Part shown: positions 35,507-50,208 of the stretch, piece after piece
Layout of the letters: the number at the start of each line of letters is the position of its first letter
Position numbering within the stretch: the stretch's first letter is position 1
Source of the DNA: Protoeuglena noctilucae
Lineage: Eukaryota
Direction: 5' to 3'
Length of the DNA stretch: 64,000 bases
Assembly: GCA_958009085.1 (NCBI GenBank)
Contig: OY253682.1
Location: 1 to 64,000 of the forward strand
Made by a program: the position numbers and the translations under genes
The notes under the pieces: model-generated
Seen by the model: the letters and a program-made list of their open reading frames with translations, nothing else
The model's database searches: none
Told to the model about the DNA's origin: nothing

Positions 35507-37642
35507 ATGAGGACTGCACGCTTTTCACGCTTGGCTTTGGGCAATGGAGGGCCGCGCTTGGGCGCGGGGGCGCCTCGTGAAAGGTGCATTTACGCGCGAT
35601 CGCTGCGCACTATGGAGGAGAAGCCATCGGCATCTTCTCCGGGTCAGACGGTCGTCGAGGAGCGCGCGGCCGCGGGGGCCACTACCAGCCCTGTGTCCTC
35701 CACCCCTCCCACCGCCGCGCCGACGCGTCTCTTCTCGAACCTGAACGCCACCACGCTTCAGCACGAGCCAGGTTCCTTCCTCGGGGCCACCGCTCTCGTC
35801 GCGGGCACAACGGTGGGCGCCGGGATCCTCGCCCTGCCCTCCGGTGCGTGTGCAAACCTGCCTGCTCTGCCAGGGAGCGGCACTGCTGTAAGAAGGCGCA
35901 TTGTCATGTACGCGTCACTCAACGCCAACGCTCTCCCTGCCCGCAGTGGCCGCTTCCTCAGGATTCGTCCCCAGCTCCGCGGCCCTGGTCACGTGTTGCT
36001 TTGCCAGCATCGCCACGGGTCTCCTCATCGCAGAGGTCTGCCTCGCCACCATGGTGAGCAGAGTGACAATGAACAGACTCACTCCTGCACCGCAGCTACC
36101 CTATAACTCATTAAATTGACCTCTCTTCTCACCCCCCTCTTCTCACCCCCGTCATGCAGTGCGAGTTGGGCAGCGGTGGCGTCGGCTTGCAGTCTGCCGT
36201 GTCCCGCACCCTGGGCCCCACTGGCACTGCGGCCTTCTCCTCTGCTTACCTCTTCCTGCACTACTGTTTGCTCGTCGCCTACATCAGCAAGGGAGGGGAG
36301 ATCCTGACAGATGCGGGGGTGCCGCTGGGAGAGGCGGGTGCGGCGCTGGTGTATGCGGTCGCCATCGGGGCGCTGTGCTACAAGGGCAGTCCCCGCACAG
36401 TCGACGCAGTGAATGGGGCGCTGGTGGTGGGGACGCTCGCGGCGTTCGCGGGGCTGCTGGCCCTGACGCTGCCGGGGATCGATCCTAAATCTCTAACAAT
36501 GGGGGGCGACTGGGGCCGCGTGCCGGACGCCCTGCCGACCATCGCGCTGGCGTACGTGTATCACAACGTGGTGCCCGTGCTGGCCACGTCGCTGGAGGGG
36601 GACCGAAACAAGATACGCGGGGCCATCGGTGAGAGATGATGTGTTGTGTTATGTTGGGAAATGTTGTGCTGACATGTGAAAAGAGGGTAGAGTCGACGTC
36701 ACTGCTCTCTGCCCCTCTCGTCAGTCACGGGTGCACCTGCACCCGTCACTCCCACTGCCACCCCCGCCGCCTCACTCCTCATCTCCCTGCCACCCTCCCC
36801 CACCCCCCCAGTCCTCGGCTCCCTGCTCCCCCTGGCCATGTTCCTCCTCTGGGACGCAGCCGTGCTCGGCACACCCATAGACTTCACCTCAGCATCGGCA
36901 CTGGACCCATCGGACCCCGCCTCGGCCATCGCGTCCCGGTCACCCCTGGCGTCTTCCCTCGTCGCTTCTTTCTCCTTCCTCGCACTCACCACGTCGTTCA
37001 TCGGATTCGTCATCGGCCTGTCCGACTTCCTCGCCAATGCGCTGGGGAAGCCCAGCGGCAGGCCAGCCCCGATGCCCTACCTCCTCACGCTGGTGAGGCC
37101 AGGCATGCTCGTGGTTACACAAATGCATGTGTCTAGCGCACGTGCTCCTTTACCATCACCATCACCATCGCCATCACCATCACCATCACCTCTCCGATCC
37201 CACCGTCACACGCCTGCCTCACGCATACCCGCTCCCTCACTGTCACTGCCCTCACCTTCACCACCCCATTCCTCCCCACATGCCCTGAACAGGCTTTCCT
37301 TACATACCATAGGTATGTCATAAACATAATCCATGTCCCCGTTCTCCCCAGGCCCCCCCCTTCGTCCTCTCTTTGGCTCTCAAGGACGTCTTCCTCACCG
37401 CCCTCGACCGCGCCGGCACTTACGGGGTACTCACCCTGTTCGGACTGCTGCCACCCGCCATGGCGTGGCAGCAGCGATATGGATCGCAGAATGCGAATAC
37501 TCCAAACATGGACAGCAATGATGCCCAGGCAGTAACTGCCCCATTGGTGCCGGGTGGGCGACCGGTGTTGCTGGCACTGGGGGCGGGGTCGGCGGGGATC
37601 ATCGCCAGGGAAGCGGCGCAGGCAACGGGACTGCTGCAGTGA
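35507..37642 (+). CDS. Aromatic amino acid permease, TyrP/HAAAP (Trp_Tyr_perm) family
   Basis: GATALVAGTTVGAGILALP, YLFLHYCLLVAYI, YVYHNVVP and LALTTSFIGF, with many TM helices. Confidence 0.9.
37153..37190 (+). repeat. Intronic (CCATCA)n microsatellite
   Basis: ccatcaccatcaccatcgccatcaccatcaccatcacc lies in an intron of the permease gene. Confidence 0.85.
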
Positions 37643-38123
37643 GAGAGGGGAGAGGAGCGAGGGGGATGAGCGAGAGTGGCTGCCAGGCAGCGGGTGTAAC
37701 TACTGCAGTGAGAAGGGAGCGTGGGTGTGCCTGAGAGTGGCACATAGAGCGTATGACAATGTGTGGCGTAATGCAAATGCCTACCAGGCCGGGTGGCCAG
37801 CACGGTCGCCAATGAGCCAACGTGTTCCTTTTCCAAATCCCTGCCTTCAAACTGTTTGTTTTCCGCTCTTGCCTAAAGCTTTGAACTAAGCAAACTGCTC
37901 GAGACATGGCCGCTGCCAGTGGCGCTTATGGCGCTAGCAATGGGAAACGAGGCAGACCGTGGCCTGTTTAATGCTATTATAGTACCCATGGCCATCCGAC
38001 ACTTAGCCACCCCGGCTCATCAAGTGCAATCATCGCCACTGACGCTGACCTCGACCCTCCCAGCGCCTGCAGTCCTGTGACTGCCCACTGCTCCCCGCAC
38101 ACACCGCCCCCCGCATGTTCCCT

Positions 38124-41100
38124 TCACCCCCCCTCCCCCATCCCCTGTCCCTCCCCGTGGTCTGCCCCCGCCTGCGCCTTCCTCCTGTTCCAGTGCAGCG
38201 TGTCCCTGACGCTCAGGAACCAGTCGTGAGTCGAGTCCATCTCACAGGCGGCGGGGATGGGGAAGCGCGACAGCTGGACGTGCAGGCTGGGGGGGGGGGG
38301 GGGGGGGGGGGGAGGGAGGGGTGGGAGATGGGGAATGGGAGCTGTGGCGCATGGGTTGTGCAGAGTTTCTCTAGACGGCTCGACAGTACCACCAAGACCA
38401 ACCCCTCTGGTGCATGCCGACCATTGTTACCCAGTCGCTGCCACCCATATCATCTCATCTCATTCCACTTCATCCCATCTCCTCTCCCCTCCGCCCACTC
38501 ACCTGTCCCCCGGCCGCAGCGTCACGCGGTCCCTCCCATCGAACGAGCAGCACCCCTCCCCTCATCTCATCTCATCTTCTCTCATCCCACTTCATCCCCT
38601 CTCCTATCCTCTCCTCACCTGTCCCCCGGCCGCAGCGTCACCCTGTCCCTCCCATCGAACGAGCAGTAGGCCTCCGCCCTGGCATCAGATGGCACCTCCA
38701 CCGTCAGCCGGATGTGGTCGGGGAACACCACGGGGCGGAACGACAGCGAGTGGGGGCAGATGGGCGTGAAGAGGATGCCGGGCACTTCCGGGTGAACCAT
38801 CGAACCACCCGCGGCAAGGCTGTAGGCCGTGGAGCCACTGGGAGGGGAGGGGAGGGGGTGATGGGTTGGTACTTGTTGATGGAGTGGAGATGGCTGGGCG
38901 GCTGGGTGGCTGGGACATTGAGTGAGGATGCGTTGCAGTGTGAGGGACCGTTATCGATGCGCAAAACACCAGTGGCACCGCTTGAGAACGTGCCATGGCA
39001 TGGCGTCATTCACAAATTGTGCTTCTTTCTCATCTACACCCCACACACGCTACGCTCCCCCTGGCTCTCACCTGGGCGTGGCGATGATGAGTCCGTCCCC
39101 CTGCACGCGTGTGACGAATGCCCCGTCGCACTTGGCCACCAGGTTGGTCAGGTAGGGGGTGGGGCCACGATCCAACACCACCTCATTCAACGCCACGTGA
39201 CTTGAAGTGACGGGGGGGTCGTCCACTTCCCCACTTGCACCCACTGCTGCACTTGCACCCCCACCCGCACCCGCACTTGCACCCGCACCCGCACCCCCCC
39301 CAGCCCGCCGTATGGTGGCGTGGATGCGGTGCCGCACCATCATGGGGAATCCGCCTCGCAAGATGCGCTCGAGCACGACCTCAAAAGACTCGAATGGGAA
39401 CGGTGTCATGAATCCCAGTGATCCCATGGCGAAGGACACCATCGGTGGGGCGGGGGCGTCGCGGAAGAGGGAGCAGGTCCAGAGCACTGGGGGTGGGGTG
39501 GGGTTAGGATGAGCGTGTTGATGTGGATGTGATGACAGGGTGTCATGTGGATATGCGCCATAACTGAATCTCATCCTATGGCCACCCTATTTGATCACAG
39601 AAACCCATCATATCCCACCACAACAACACCACCGGTCCCTGCCACGCGTCTGCTCACCCGTGCCATCACCACCCAGCGTGACTGCGACATCGATGTTGTC
39701 GATGACTTCGCGGAAGGGGCGGTCGTCCCCACACTCGCGGCATGCCCATGTCACCAGGCGGCCGGCACTGTCGGGGCACTGGGAGGGGGCAAGACAGGAG
39801 AGGGACTGGGTGCACAGGGGTGCGGAGGCACACGCTGCGTGTACGCAAGCCACCCTGCGATTGTTCCCTCGCATCGTTATCCACTGCACCGCCCACCACT
39901 CCCCATCCATGCCTCACCAGCGTCGCCATCAGCTGCTGCACCATCGCCCGGCTCAGCACGTCCCCCGCCCCCCCTCCTGCCCCATTCCCCTCTCCCACTC
40001 TCCCCGCCGTCTCCCTTGCCATCTCCATGAGCTGCCGGTACGCCTCTGGCTCCACAAACACGATGAGGCCGCGTGCCTTGAGCCACGTGACCACCCGGAG
40101 CATCTGGGCCAGCACGGGGGGGGACTGCTTGGCCACCTGCGTGGTGGGAGGTGGGGTGGGGTGGGGAGGGGCATGTGCGACATGGCATATATGAGTGGCA
40201 TCGTATGCAAGAGTGGCATGCACCATTGGCAACGACCAAAGCCCTGCGTAGCTAAGCTGCTGCGTCATCCCCACGTGCCCTGACACAGTCCCTGTGCCCA
40301 TCCCCCCCGGCACCCCCGCTCACCACCAGGACCGTCTGGGGCTGGTTGATCCACCGCAGCGTCAGGGCGGGGCGCGACATCCCAAGCAGAGGACTGTTGG
40401 CGCTCTCAGGGCCTGCACCCGAATGGCCTGCATGCCAGGGCCAGGCGAGGGAGTGGTTGCGTCACACAGACCCCCACCCTGCATACTAGTTGGGACTAGT
40501 GGGACCACCTAGTGGGACCACCCACCGCCACGCTCGCTGCACCCCCTGCCCCTGCCTACACCCCTCCCTGCCCCACCCCTCACCGCTGTGCACGCTGTCT
40601 TCCCCCGGGGATGCCCTCGCGCACATGGCCGCATCGACCTGGTATGCCACACGCCCCGGCAGCGACGACCGACGGTGCACCTGGCTGCGGCTGTCGTGGG
40701 TGAACCGCGCCCACGCGCGCGCCACCGCGATGGCCTGCGCCGCCGCCGCCGCCACGCCCACCCCCGCGGCTCCGTCGTCCGTCATCGTCACGCTGTGGAG
40801 GGGGTGTGCGCGGCGGGGGGGCGCGTGGCCGTTGTAGAGCTGCATCAGGTCGTCACCGGACATGCGGGCCAGGCTGCTGACGGAGGGGGACGCCTGTGGG
40901 AGTCGAGAAAGCATACTGAGCTTTACACCCACGGTGCCGCATGCGCACGCGCGAGGGCGGGGGCGAGGCGAGTTGCTCTGTCAAATTACGCACCTGCATG
41001 CCCCAGCCCAGTCCCGTGCTGGAGCCCAGGCCCCGGTGCAGCGCCAGACCGGCGTGGGCGACGCCGGCGTGGAGCAAGTTGCTCTCCGACGCGCTCACGG

Positions 41101-41879
41101 CACACCGAGGCTGGGCGGAGGGGGGCAGCGGCGGCTGTGGCGGGGCGCCGGGAGGCTCGGCGCCCCCAGGCACTGCGCGCGTCGCTCCGTCCCCGCCTCC
41201 GCGCAGTCGCCGCGCATCGCCGGGCGACGGGTCAGCGCCGGAGGGGCCCGCAGCCCCGTCTCCCTGCCACGCCTCGGGCCCCCGGCTGTCGCTGCGCCCC
41301 CAGGGGTTGCCCAGAGAGGCGCCGGATGCGGACGGGGCGTCGCAGGCGTCGTCTTCTCCCTCCCGAGCCTTGCCGGGGAGCGGAGGCGTGGGGCCCGGGG
41401 ACGCTCCGGGTTCCAAGGCCGGGCTGCGGGGCCAGGGCGCGAAGAGGTATGCAGGAGCTGCGGGCTGGGCGGCCCGGCGCGGCAGGCTGATGTACAGAGC
41501 GCGACATCATTCCGATAGCAAACTCCTTTGCCTATCCGTCGCGCGCCCCGACCTGTCGAAGCCGAAATTGACGATGGCCAACTCGGATGCGAGGTCGAGG
41601 TCCGGCGGATGGTCGCGCGGCTCATCGCTCCAGCGCGCGCGCTCCTGCTCGTACATCTGCTTCCACATCGCTGCCTCCTGCATCGCCGGAGCGGCGCACA
41701 GCTCCTCGCGCCCCGCACCAACGCCACGACCTTGCTCCTCTCCGCTGCAGCGCAATGCAGTGGCCTCTCGCCTGACGCGCTCGCGCTTCGGACTCCTTCA
41801 GCCTCTGGAAGGTCTCCAGGATTTCCGATACGCGCTCCTCCACCCTGTCTAAGCCATCCTGCCCCATCGCGGAGAGCAT
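38124..41879 (-). CDS. NAD(H) kinase, plant NADK1-like with N-terminal coiled coil
   Basis: [57 protein letters not shown] and LHWN. N-terminal [13 protein letters not shown]. Confidence 0.92.
38450..38666 (-). repeat. About 116-bp tandem duplication of the NADK exon end plus donor site
   Basis: ctcacctgtcccccggccgcagcgtcac...tccctcccatcgaacgagcag occurs at 38498-38550 and at 38614-38666. Confidence 0.92.
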
Positions 41880-43727
41880 GGCCCCGAGGGCCCGCCCTTA
41901 GCGCGTTGGCTCTCCCACGCGCCGGTGAATCAGTCAGCGCGCTCTGAACAGCCGACTCCTGCACATCCATAAAGCGCGGGACGCACGGATGGGACAAAAG
42001 CAGAGTATTGATGGAAGGCGAAGGGTTTCAGCCGTGGGCAAGAGCAACAGGGTCAGCAGAACATTCCCGCGGGCGAAGAGATAGCGTAGAGCCGCCAAAG
42101 GGATAAGCTCAGTACATAAGCCAGCGGGTTCCGGCTCTCTGACAAAGAAACCAGGAACCGACGGCGCCCACGGCCTGCTGGGCTTCCTGACACAGCGACG
42201 ACCCCTCCGCTCCGCATATCGACCGGCCCTGCCTGCGAGGAGCAGCCCGCTCGCCTGCCGGCGCATCGGCGGGAGGTGCTGCTTCGACAAGATGCATGCG
42301 CGGGCGCACGGGGCCTCCTGCCCGCGCGGGTGGGGGCCCAGGTGCGGGCGGCGGGGCAGGGACGGAGAGAGCTTTGACAACGGAGCCGCGCAGGGTGGCG
42401 GGGAGCAGCAGCGGTGTCGCGCCGGTCGCGTGGCGAGGCAAGCGGAGACGCCTGCATCTGCGGCCGCGCGATGGGGCTCCGGAGACGACGGGGGGTCATA
42501 CGGAGCGGGGCGATGAGGGTATCGCGTGACGATGGAGGTCCGGCGGTGGCTGCGCGGCGCGGATGGGGCCGGGAGGCGAGCGTGGACTGTGACCTGCATG
42601 GGTCAACCTCTTAGGGAGCAATGCCGACGGGCCGCTGCCCGGGGAGGCCGAGCGCCGGGACGGCAGTTCCGCCTCCTACATCAGCTCGCGGCCGCGGGGA
42701 GGAGGAGCCGGGAACGAGGGATGGCCCGGTCTGTCGAAGGTGACGGCTTGGGTGGGGGCAGACGCGGCCGTCGGGGACGCGCGTGCGCGGCATTCGATAC
42801 AAGAAAGAGGATGCGGGGCAGGGGGAGGCGCGGCGCGCTGTCGGGTGCGCCTGACAGGGGTGCACCGCTGGGTCGGACAGCTGCTGTAGCCCGGCGGGTG
42901 CTCAAGAGGGGCGGAGGGGCGCGCGCGGCAGGACACAGCGATCATAAGAGCGAACTTGCACACTTGCGCACAGAGCGATATCGAGCGAGCTCGTTCATCT
43001 CGTCGAGGCATCCGAGCAACGATGGCGGCCGACCTGCTCGTCCCAGCCGGTGAGTCGGGGCGCGTGTGGCGAAGTAGTCGCGTGTCCTTTCCGCGGGCCG
43101 GGCGTGCGTAGCCGGGGGGCCACGGGTCGGGGGCCCGGCGGGACGGGCCGCGCGTGCTGAGGGTCTGGGCGGGGCGGGGAGGCAGCGCGGGGTCGTGCGG
43201 TCGTGCGGAGGCTTTTTTGGGGGGCGAAATGAGCAGGGGGGTGGTGCCTGGGAGCGTGGTTGTCCCTCGTTCGGGCACGGAACGTCCTTGAGGGCCGGAG
43301 CGCGGGGCCCGGGACGGCGTCCCTTTGCGCGCGCGGCCCGGTCGGGGGCGCCGCAACGTTGCTAGCATCGTTTTGGGAGGGGAGGGGCCGGCGCGGGGCC
43401 CGCGCCTCGCGGTTTGGGGGCAGGGCCTCCGTTGGTGGGCAGGGTTGGGGCGGGGCCCAGGAAGCGCGCGCGGAGGGCCCGCGGAGGGTCCTGTTTGGAC
43501 GAGGGAGGGGATGGCAGTGTGCGCGGTGGCGTGCTTCGCGGGCCCGGGCGCGGGCGCGGGCGGCCGGGGTCACGGGGGCACGTGGGACGTGCTCCGGCAC
43601 AGCCGCCGCGCGGGGCCTGTTTCGGGGCCCCCGGGCCCGGCGTAGTAGCGGGGTGGCCATTTTGTGCGCTGCGAGGCCATCGTTGCGGCCGGCGGCGGCG
43701 GGGCGGGGAGGATGGTAGCGAGGGTTT

Positions 43728-44833
43728 TTGCATGCATGCACTGGGAGGACACACATCGGTCTGGCGGAGGCAGAGGCGGTAGGGCCTGTAGATGCGGCAC
43801 GTTCGCGAACTTGTGGTGACAAGTTTGTCCCTACCGTGTGTGCAGATCCTGTCCCCGTCGCTAATGGCGGAGCGCAGAACGCGGAGGGATGGAAGGAAGT
43901 GCGGAATAAGCACGGGAAGAGAGGTCGAAGGACCTCCTGTGACCTGCCTTCCAGAATTCCCGAGGGTCTGGCCAATATCCAGGTGCGCGGAAGCGCTTAT
44001 GCCATGCATGTCGACAGATCTGGAGCTGCTGTCGGTTCTTGGTGCCACAGCTTGCCCATTGCCCACACTTCGGCACTGGCCTGCGATCGCAGATTGTGCA
44101 ACTTACAGAGGAGAACGCTGAGGATTTTGTAATGTACGTCTCCGCGCTCCTTAAGGCGAGGCATTGGCAAAACGTGCCGGCCCACTACGGGAACAAGTTG
44201 CCGAAAGCACATCTGTTCCTACATCGCGGGGATGAGATCCTGCTGGTCAAGCAAATCAGAAGCGGCAATCTCGGCCTTCCCAAGGGCGGCTTGCAGCCCG
44301 ACTTCCACAACAACGAGAAGCAGTCATGGGCAACTGTCACCGGGGGAGCAGCGCTGCCATGCGTCCGTGGCATCTGCATTGATAGTTATAGGGTTCTTTA
44401 TCGCATGGCCACTGGACTCAGACAAAACAAGTCCCAATGGCTGGCCTTTGTTTCGGAGTGGGTGCACTGGTGCGTGCTCGTTATGGTAGCTGCGGAGCTG
44501 TGGGAGGAGACTGGGCTCACGCTAGCGGATCTGGAGGGCGTGTGGACCCTTGTGTGGGGGGCCTGGGGCGTGGGGTTTACTGCGGAGGTGCGCAAAAGGG
44601 TCACTTGCTTGCCTCGGGGCAAAGGCCGTCAGGAGATCGAGTTTACGTGGTGGGCGACCCGATCCGCCATAGCAGGGATCCCGCCTGATAGCTTCAACAG
44701 CATCTTCCACCATGCCTACCCCACGCTCTATAGGATGCATCCGCTCACACGACGTGGCGACCTGTTCATTGACCACGGCCACAGCCCTCGGGCCGTGGCG
44801 GTCGACGACGGCATCATGGAGTTGGACGGATGA
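43728..44833 (+). CDS. Nudix-family hydrolase with an interrupted Nudix box; lower-GC segment
   Basis: ILLVKQ...LGLPKGG...E followed later by ELWEETGL. An upstream exon joins via a GT-AG intron at about 43983-44050. Start uncertain. Confidence 0.7.
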
Positions 44834-44939
44834 ATGCAATAAGTAGACTCATCATAAGCGGCTGCCTCTCCGCCAACTTTGAATGAATGCTGACCTCCTG
44901 AGCTCCTCTTGCCCACCCCCTGCACCCTCCGTGGGGTGA

Positions 44940-46830
<1,891 letters not shown>

Positions 46831-46997
46831 TGCGGCGGCGCGAGGGGGGAACCCAGGGTGGCTGAGATGAGAAGGCGACGCGTTCAATCGTGAAACGTCT
46901 CCCATGTCTGGCTAACCTCTCAGAGGGTAGTCTACCCAGCCTCAGAGGGGCGTGCGAACCACCAAGCGGCGCGTTGGCTGCACAACGTGCCCCTGCC

Positions 46998-48257
46998 TCA
47001 TTCGTGCTCCACACGCTCCGCGCTCCCTTCCTCAGCTTTGGCCTCGGCCTCGGCATCGCCCTGCGGGGCAGTCGTAATCACACACGCTCGCCAACACGCA
47101 GCAGGCCCCTTGCACAACAGCGCCCGCCAGCACGCTGCGTTCTGACCTGCTCCGCGCTGGGCATGGCGACGTCGTCGTCGGCCCTGGTGGGCTGCCCCAT
47201 GCTGGCCTCGTCCCCCGCTGCGGTCGCTGGGGCAGCACCCTCCTGACCACCATTACCATCACCACCATCACCATTGCCGCCATCACCAGCACCATCACCA
47301 CCACCACCATTCCCATCAACACCGCCATCACCACCATCATCACCGTCGTCCTTGCCACCCGCCCCTGGCAGCGGCTCGGTCTCCTCCCACCGCGCGAGCC
47401 ACACGGGCTTGCCAGCACCACTGCACGCGAGTGACCCACGTGCGCGTCATGCCGCCCATCAAGCAAAGCCCGCTCGCGACGCTCAGCGACCACGCGTGCC
47501 CTCGCCTGGCATCCGTGCTCTGCATGACCCCACGGAAGCGCGAGGACCTCTGCAGGCCCACGACGGCCGCCTCGCCCTGCTGCCACACGGCCTCCATGGC
47601 GTCGAGGAAGTCCTCCCAGCTCAGCGACCCGAATGCCTCTTGCTCTGCGCGGCAGGGGCATGGCCGTTGTCAGGGATGGCAGTGGTCACTTGTGGCGCCC
47701 GTAGCAACCGGTCCAGGAGCGGACAGAGTTGGGTTGCTCCCGCTCCCGTGCAACGCCAAGAGTCATCCAAATCGCCTCCGCTGCCCCCTCACTGAGGTAA
47801 TCGTAGTGGTACGTGTCCAGGGGGAAGTTGAGTTCGTCGCGCTTGGGGCGCTCGGGCCACCTCAGCCGCACGATGGCCAGGTCCACGGCGCGGGCCGCCA
47901 TGGCCGACGTGTCGAACTGGCCCAGCACGACGTCGGAGCCTGCGGGCGCGGGGCTGGGCTGTGGATCGAGTGGTCGGAAGGGGTCCCGACCGCGAGTCGA
48001 GCGCCGGCGTCGCACGCACCCGAGGAGTCGCGCACGGTGGCGGTCCACGAGACGGACCACAGCTCCCTGTGGACGCCCTTGAACGACAGCGGCGGCCGGG
48101 CCGCGCGCGGCGGCTCCTTGCCAGCCTGCGCCGCGGGGGGCTGGGCGGGAGCGGCTACCTTCCTCCGCTTGCGCCGGGCGTCGCCATCCGCGGCCGGAGC
48201 CTCAGCCACCCTCTTCTGCCGACGATCGCCCACGGGGCTCTCGCTGCCGCGTCCCAT
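46998..48257 (-). CDS. AP2-domain transcription factor (one complete and one truncated AP2 domain, Asp/Gly-rich tail)
   Basis: NLS RRKRRK, then FKGVHR...WTATV...LGQFDTSAMAARAVDLA...LNFP, linker LSWEDFLDAM, and a second SSRFRGV...WLAR. Confidence 0.85.
47266..47345 (+). repeat. (CCATCA/CCA)n coding microsatellite encoding a Gly/Asp tract in the AP2 gene
   Basis: accaccattaccatcaccaccatcacc... reads GDGGDGGVDGNGGGG on the minus strand. Confidence 0.8.
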
Positions 48258-48697
48258 GCCTGGCGCGCTTATCCCTCAGCGAGTGCTGGGACCTCCGTTC
48301 AGCCGCGCCGGTGGGCCTTTGCGTGCGATCGACCTGCATTGTGCGGTAAAACATGATTTGTAAGCGCAACGGCTACAAATCGGCCGGACATCGCGCGAAT
48401 CGGCGCTGCCGGGGTCAAAACACATGGCCGCAGAAACGGATGCCGAGCCCCGCGACAGCGCGGCCCTCCTCCAGCAGAGCCAGCGGAATATGGACGCACC
48501 AAGTAAGCGAAGGACGGCGGGCAAAGCCTCAACGCCGGCAGGCAGGTTGTGCTTGGCGCAAAGGGACGCGCACGTGAGATGCCACCCACAATCGGCAGCC
48601 AACGAGAGAGTGCCGTTGCAAATGCGCGTGGGCAAGACCTGACAGCTTCGTGTGTGTGTGCGTCTGCAAACGCACTCTCTGGCACGCACGCACGCAC

Positions 48698-49924
48698 CTA
48701 GGAGGACGGACCCTGCGCCTGCTGTGTCTGCCGGCTGCGGATCGCAGCCCGCTTCACTTGGACCTGGTTGAGCATGTTCTGCACCGCGAGGTCTTGTTTC
48801 CTGCGAGCACAAACGCAGGCCTTTGTGCCCGGCTCACGGACCGCCCCCCCGTCACGCCCAAGCCCCGACATGCATGCACAGCGCCCTTGCCTGAGCGCCA
48901 CCAGCTCCCGCTGCAGCTGGCCGAGGATGCCCTCGTACATGTGGCTGACGCCCTCGGTGCCCTCCTCGCTCGCCCGGCACGCCGCGTCCACCAGGCCAGA
49001 GGCGATCGACACCCCCGGCAGAGGGGCCAGGGGACCTGGGGATGGGGCGAGGGGCAGCCGCTGAGGAGCGGATACTCGTGCGTCCGCGTAAAGTGGGCAG
49101 TCTGGCCTCGCGCGGTCGACTCACGGTAGTGCTGGCTGCCAATGTGGTCCCCCAAGTTGCGGATGCGCACGGGCAGCGGGCGGAACGTGCCGGAGCGGTT
49201 CATGGTCCAGAAGCTGTACTGCCAGTCGAGCACGGAGCCCCCGCTCTGGTCGCCCGTCAGGCACAGGAGCCCAAACACTACGGCCGGCTCCACCCGCGCA
49301 CCCAACTCCTGCAGGTGCAGCGAGGTCACACCTAGGGTGAGATTCGTTATCAATAGTCGTCAGTCGCAATGTCCGGCCCGCTGCGCACCTCGGCTTGCTT
49401 GAGGGAGTTCCAGGGCGAGCGCGACCAGGACGACTCGGCCAGCTTGAGCAGCTCGCGGGTGACGCGGGTCTCGCGCAGCCCCGGCCGCATGGGCGCTTGG
49501 CGACGGAAGCGGAACCACCCGAGGACCGGCTCTGCGTAAGAGGTCGGGAAACGAACGGGCAGTGTACAGTTATGGCGAAGGAGGCGACAGTGCTTGCCCG
49601 TCTTCGCAACAAGCTCCTGCGTGCAGTCGTGGCCAACAACCGCTCCTCACCGGCCCAGGGACTGGCAATCTCCTCCAGCTTGGGCATGTTAAGGACGCCG
49701 GAGGGGGAGTGGAACGATAACGACGACCCGCAGACGCAGCAACCGGTCAAGTATGCCTCGAGCGTGTCGCTGACCTCCTCCACCTCCGCATCGTTGATCT
49801 TCCGCGTGCGCTTCAGGTCCACCTGCCCAAAGAGCATCCCGTCCGTGTCCCCGTCCACCGTCGCCGCCGAACCGCACAGCGAGGCCAGGGTGGCCCCGCT
49901 CATGATGAGCGCGTCGATGTTCAT
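48698..49924 (-). CDS. Abraxas/FAM175 family MPN(-) scaffold (BRISC/BRCA1-A)
   Basis: MSGATLASL...DTDGMLFG...INDAE, SFHSPSG, VLGWFRFRR, RPLPVRIRNLG and a C-terminal coiled coil all match the Abraxas layout. Confidence 0.88.
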
Positions 49925-50208
49925 GGTTGCGCTGCTCTACTCGACACCGGAAAGGGTCCTGTCTGACAACCGACTACAGGATGTGAGTTATCGAGGACCG
50001 CAGACGAGTCTTTGGTAACTTGAAAGCGCCAGTTCCGTGCGCGCGTCGGTGTCAGTGGATGGGGCGGCGGTCCAATCAGCGATTGCGGCTCCCGCACCTC
50101 GGGTAAGACATCTTGCGCTGCATACACAGCTTGCTTGCTCAGCCGCGTTCTGCTGGAGATCTGAAGAACACCTAGCTGCTAAGGGGGGGTTCGCGGCGGA
50201 GGCTCGCC

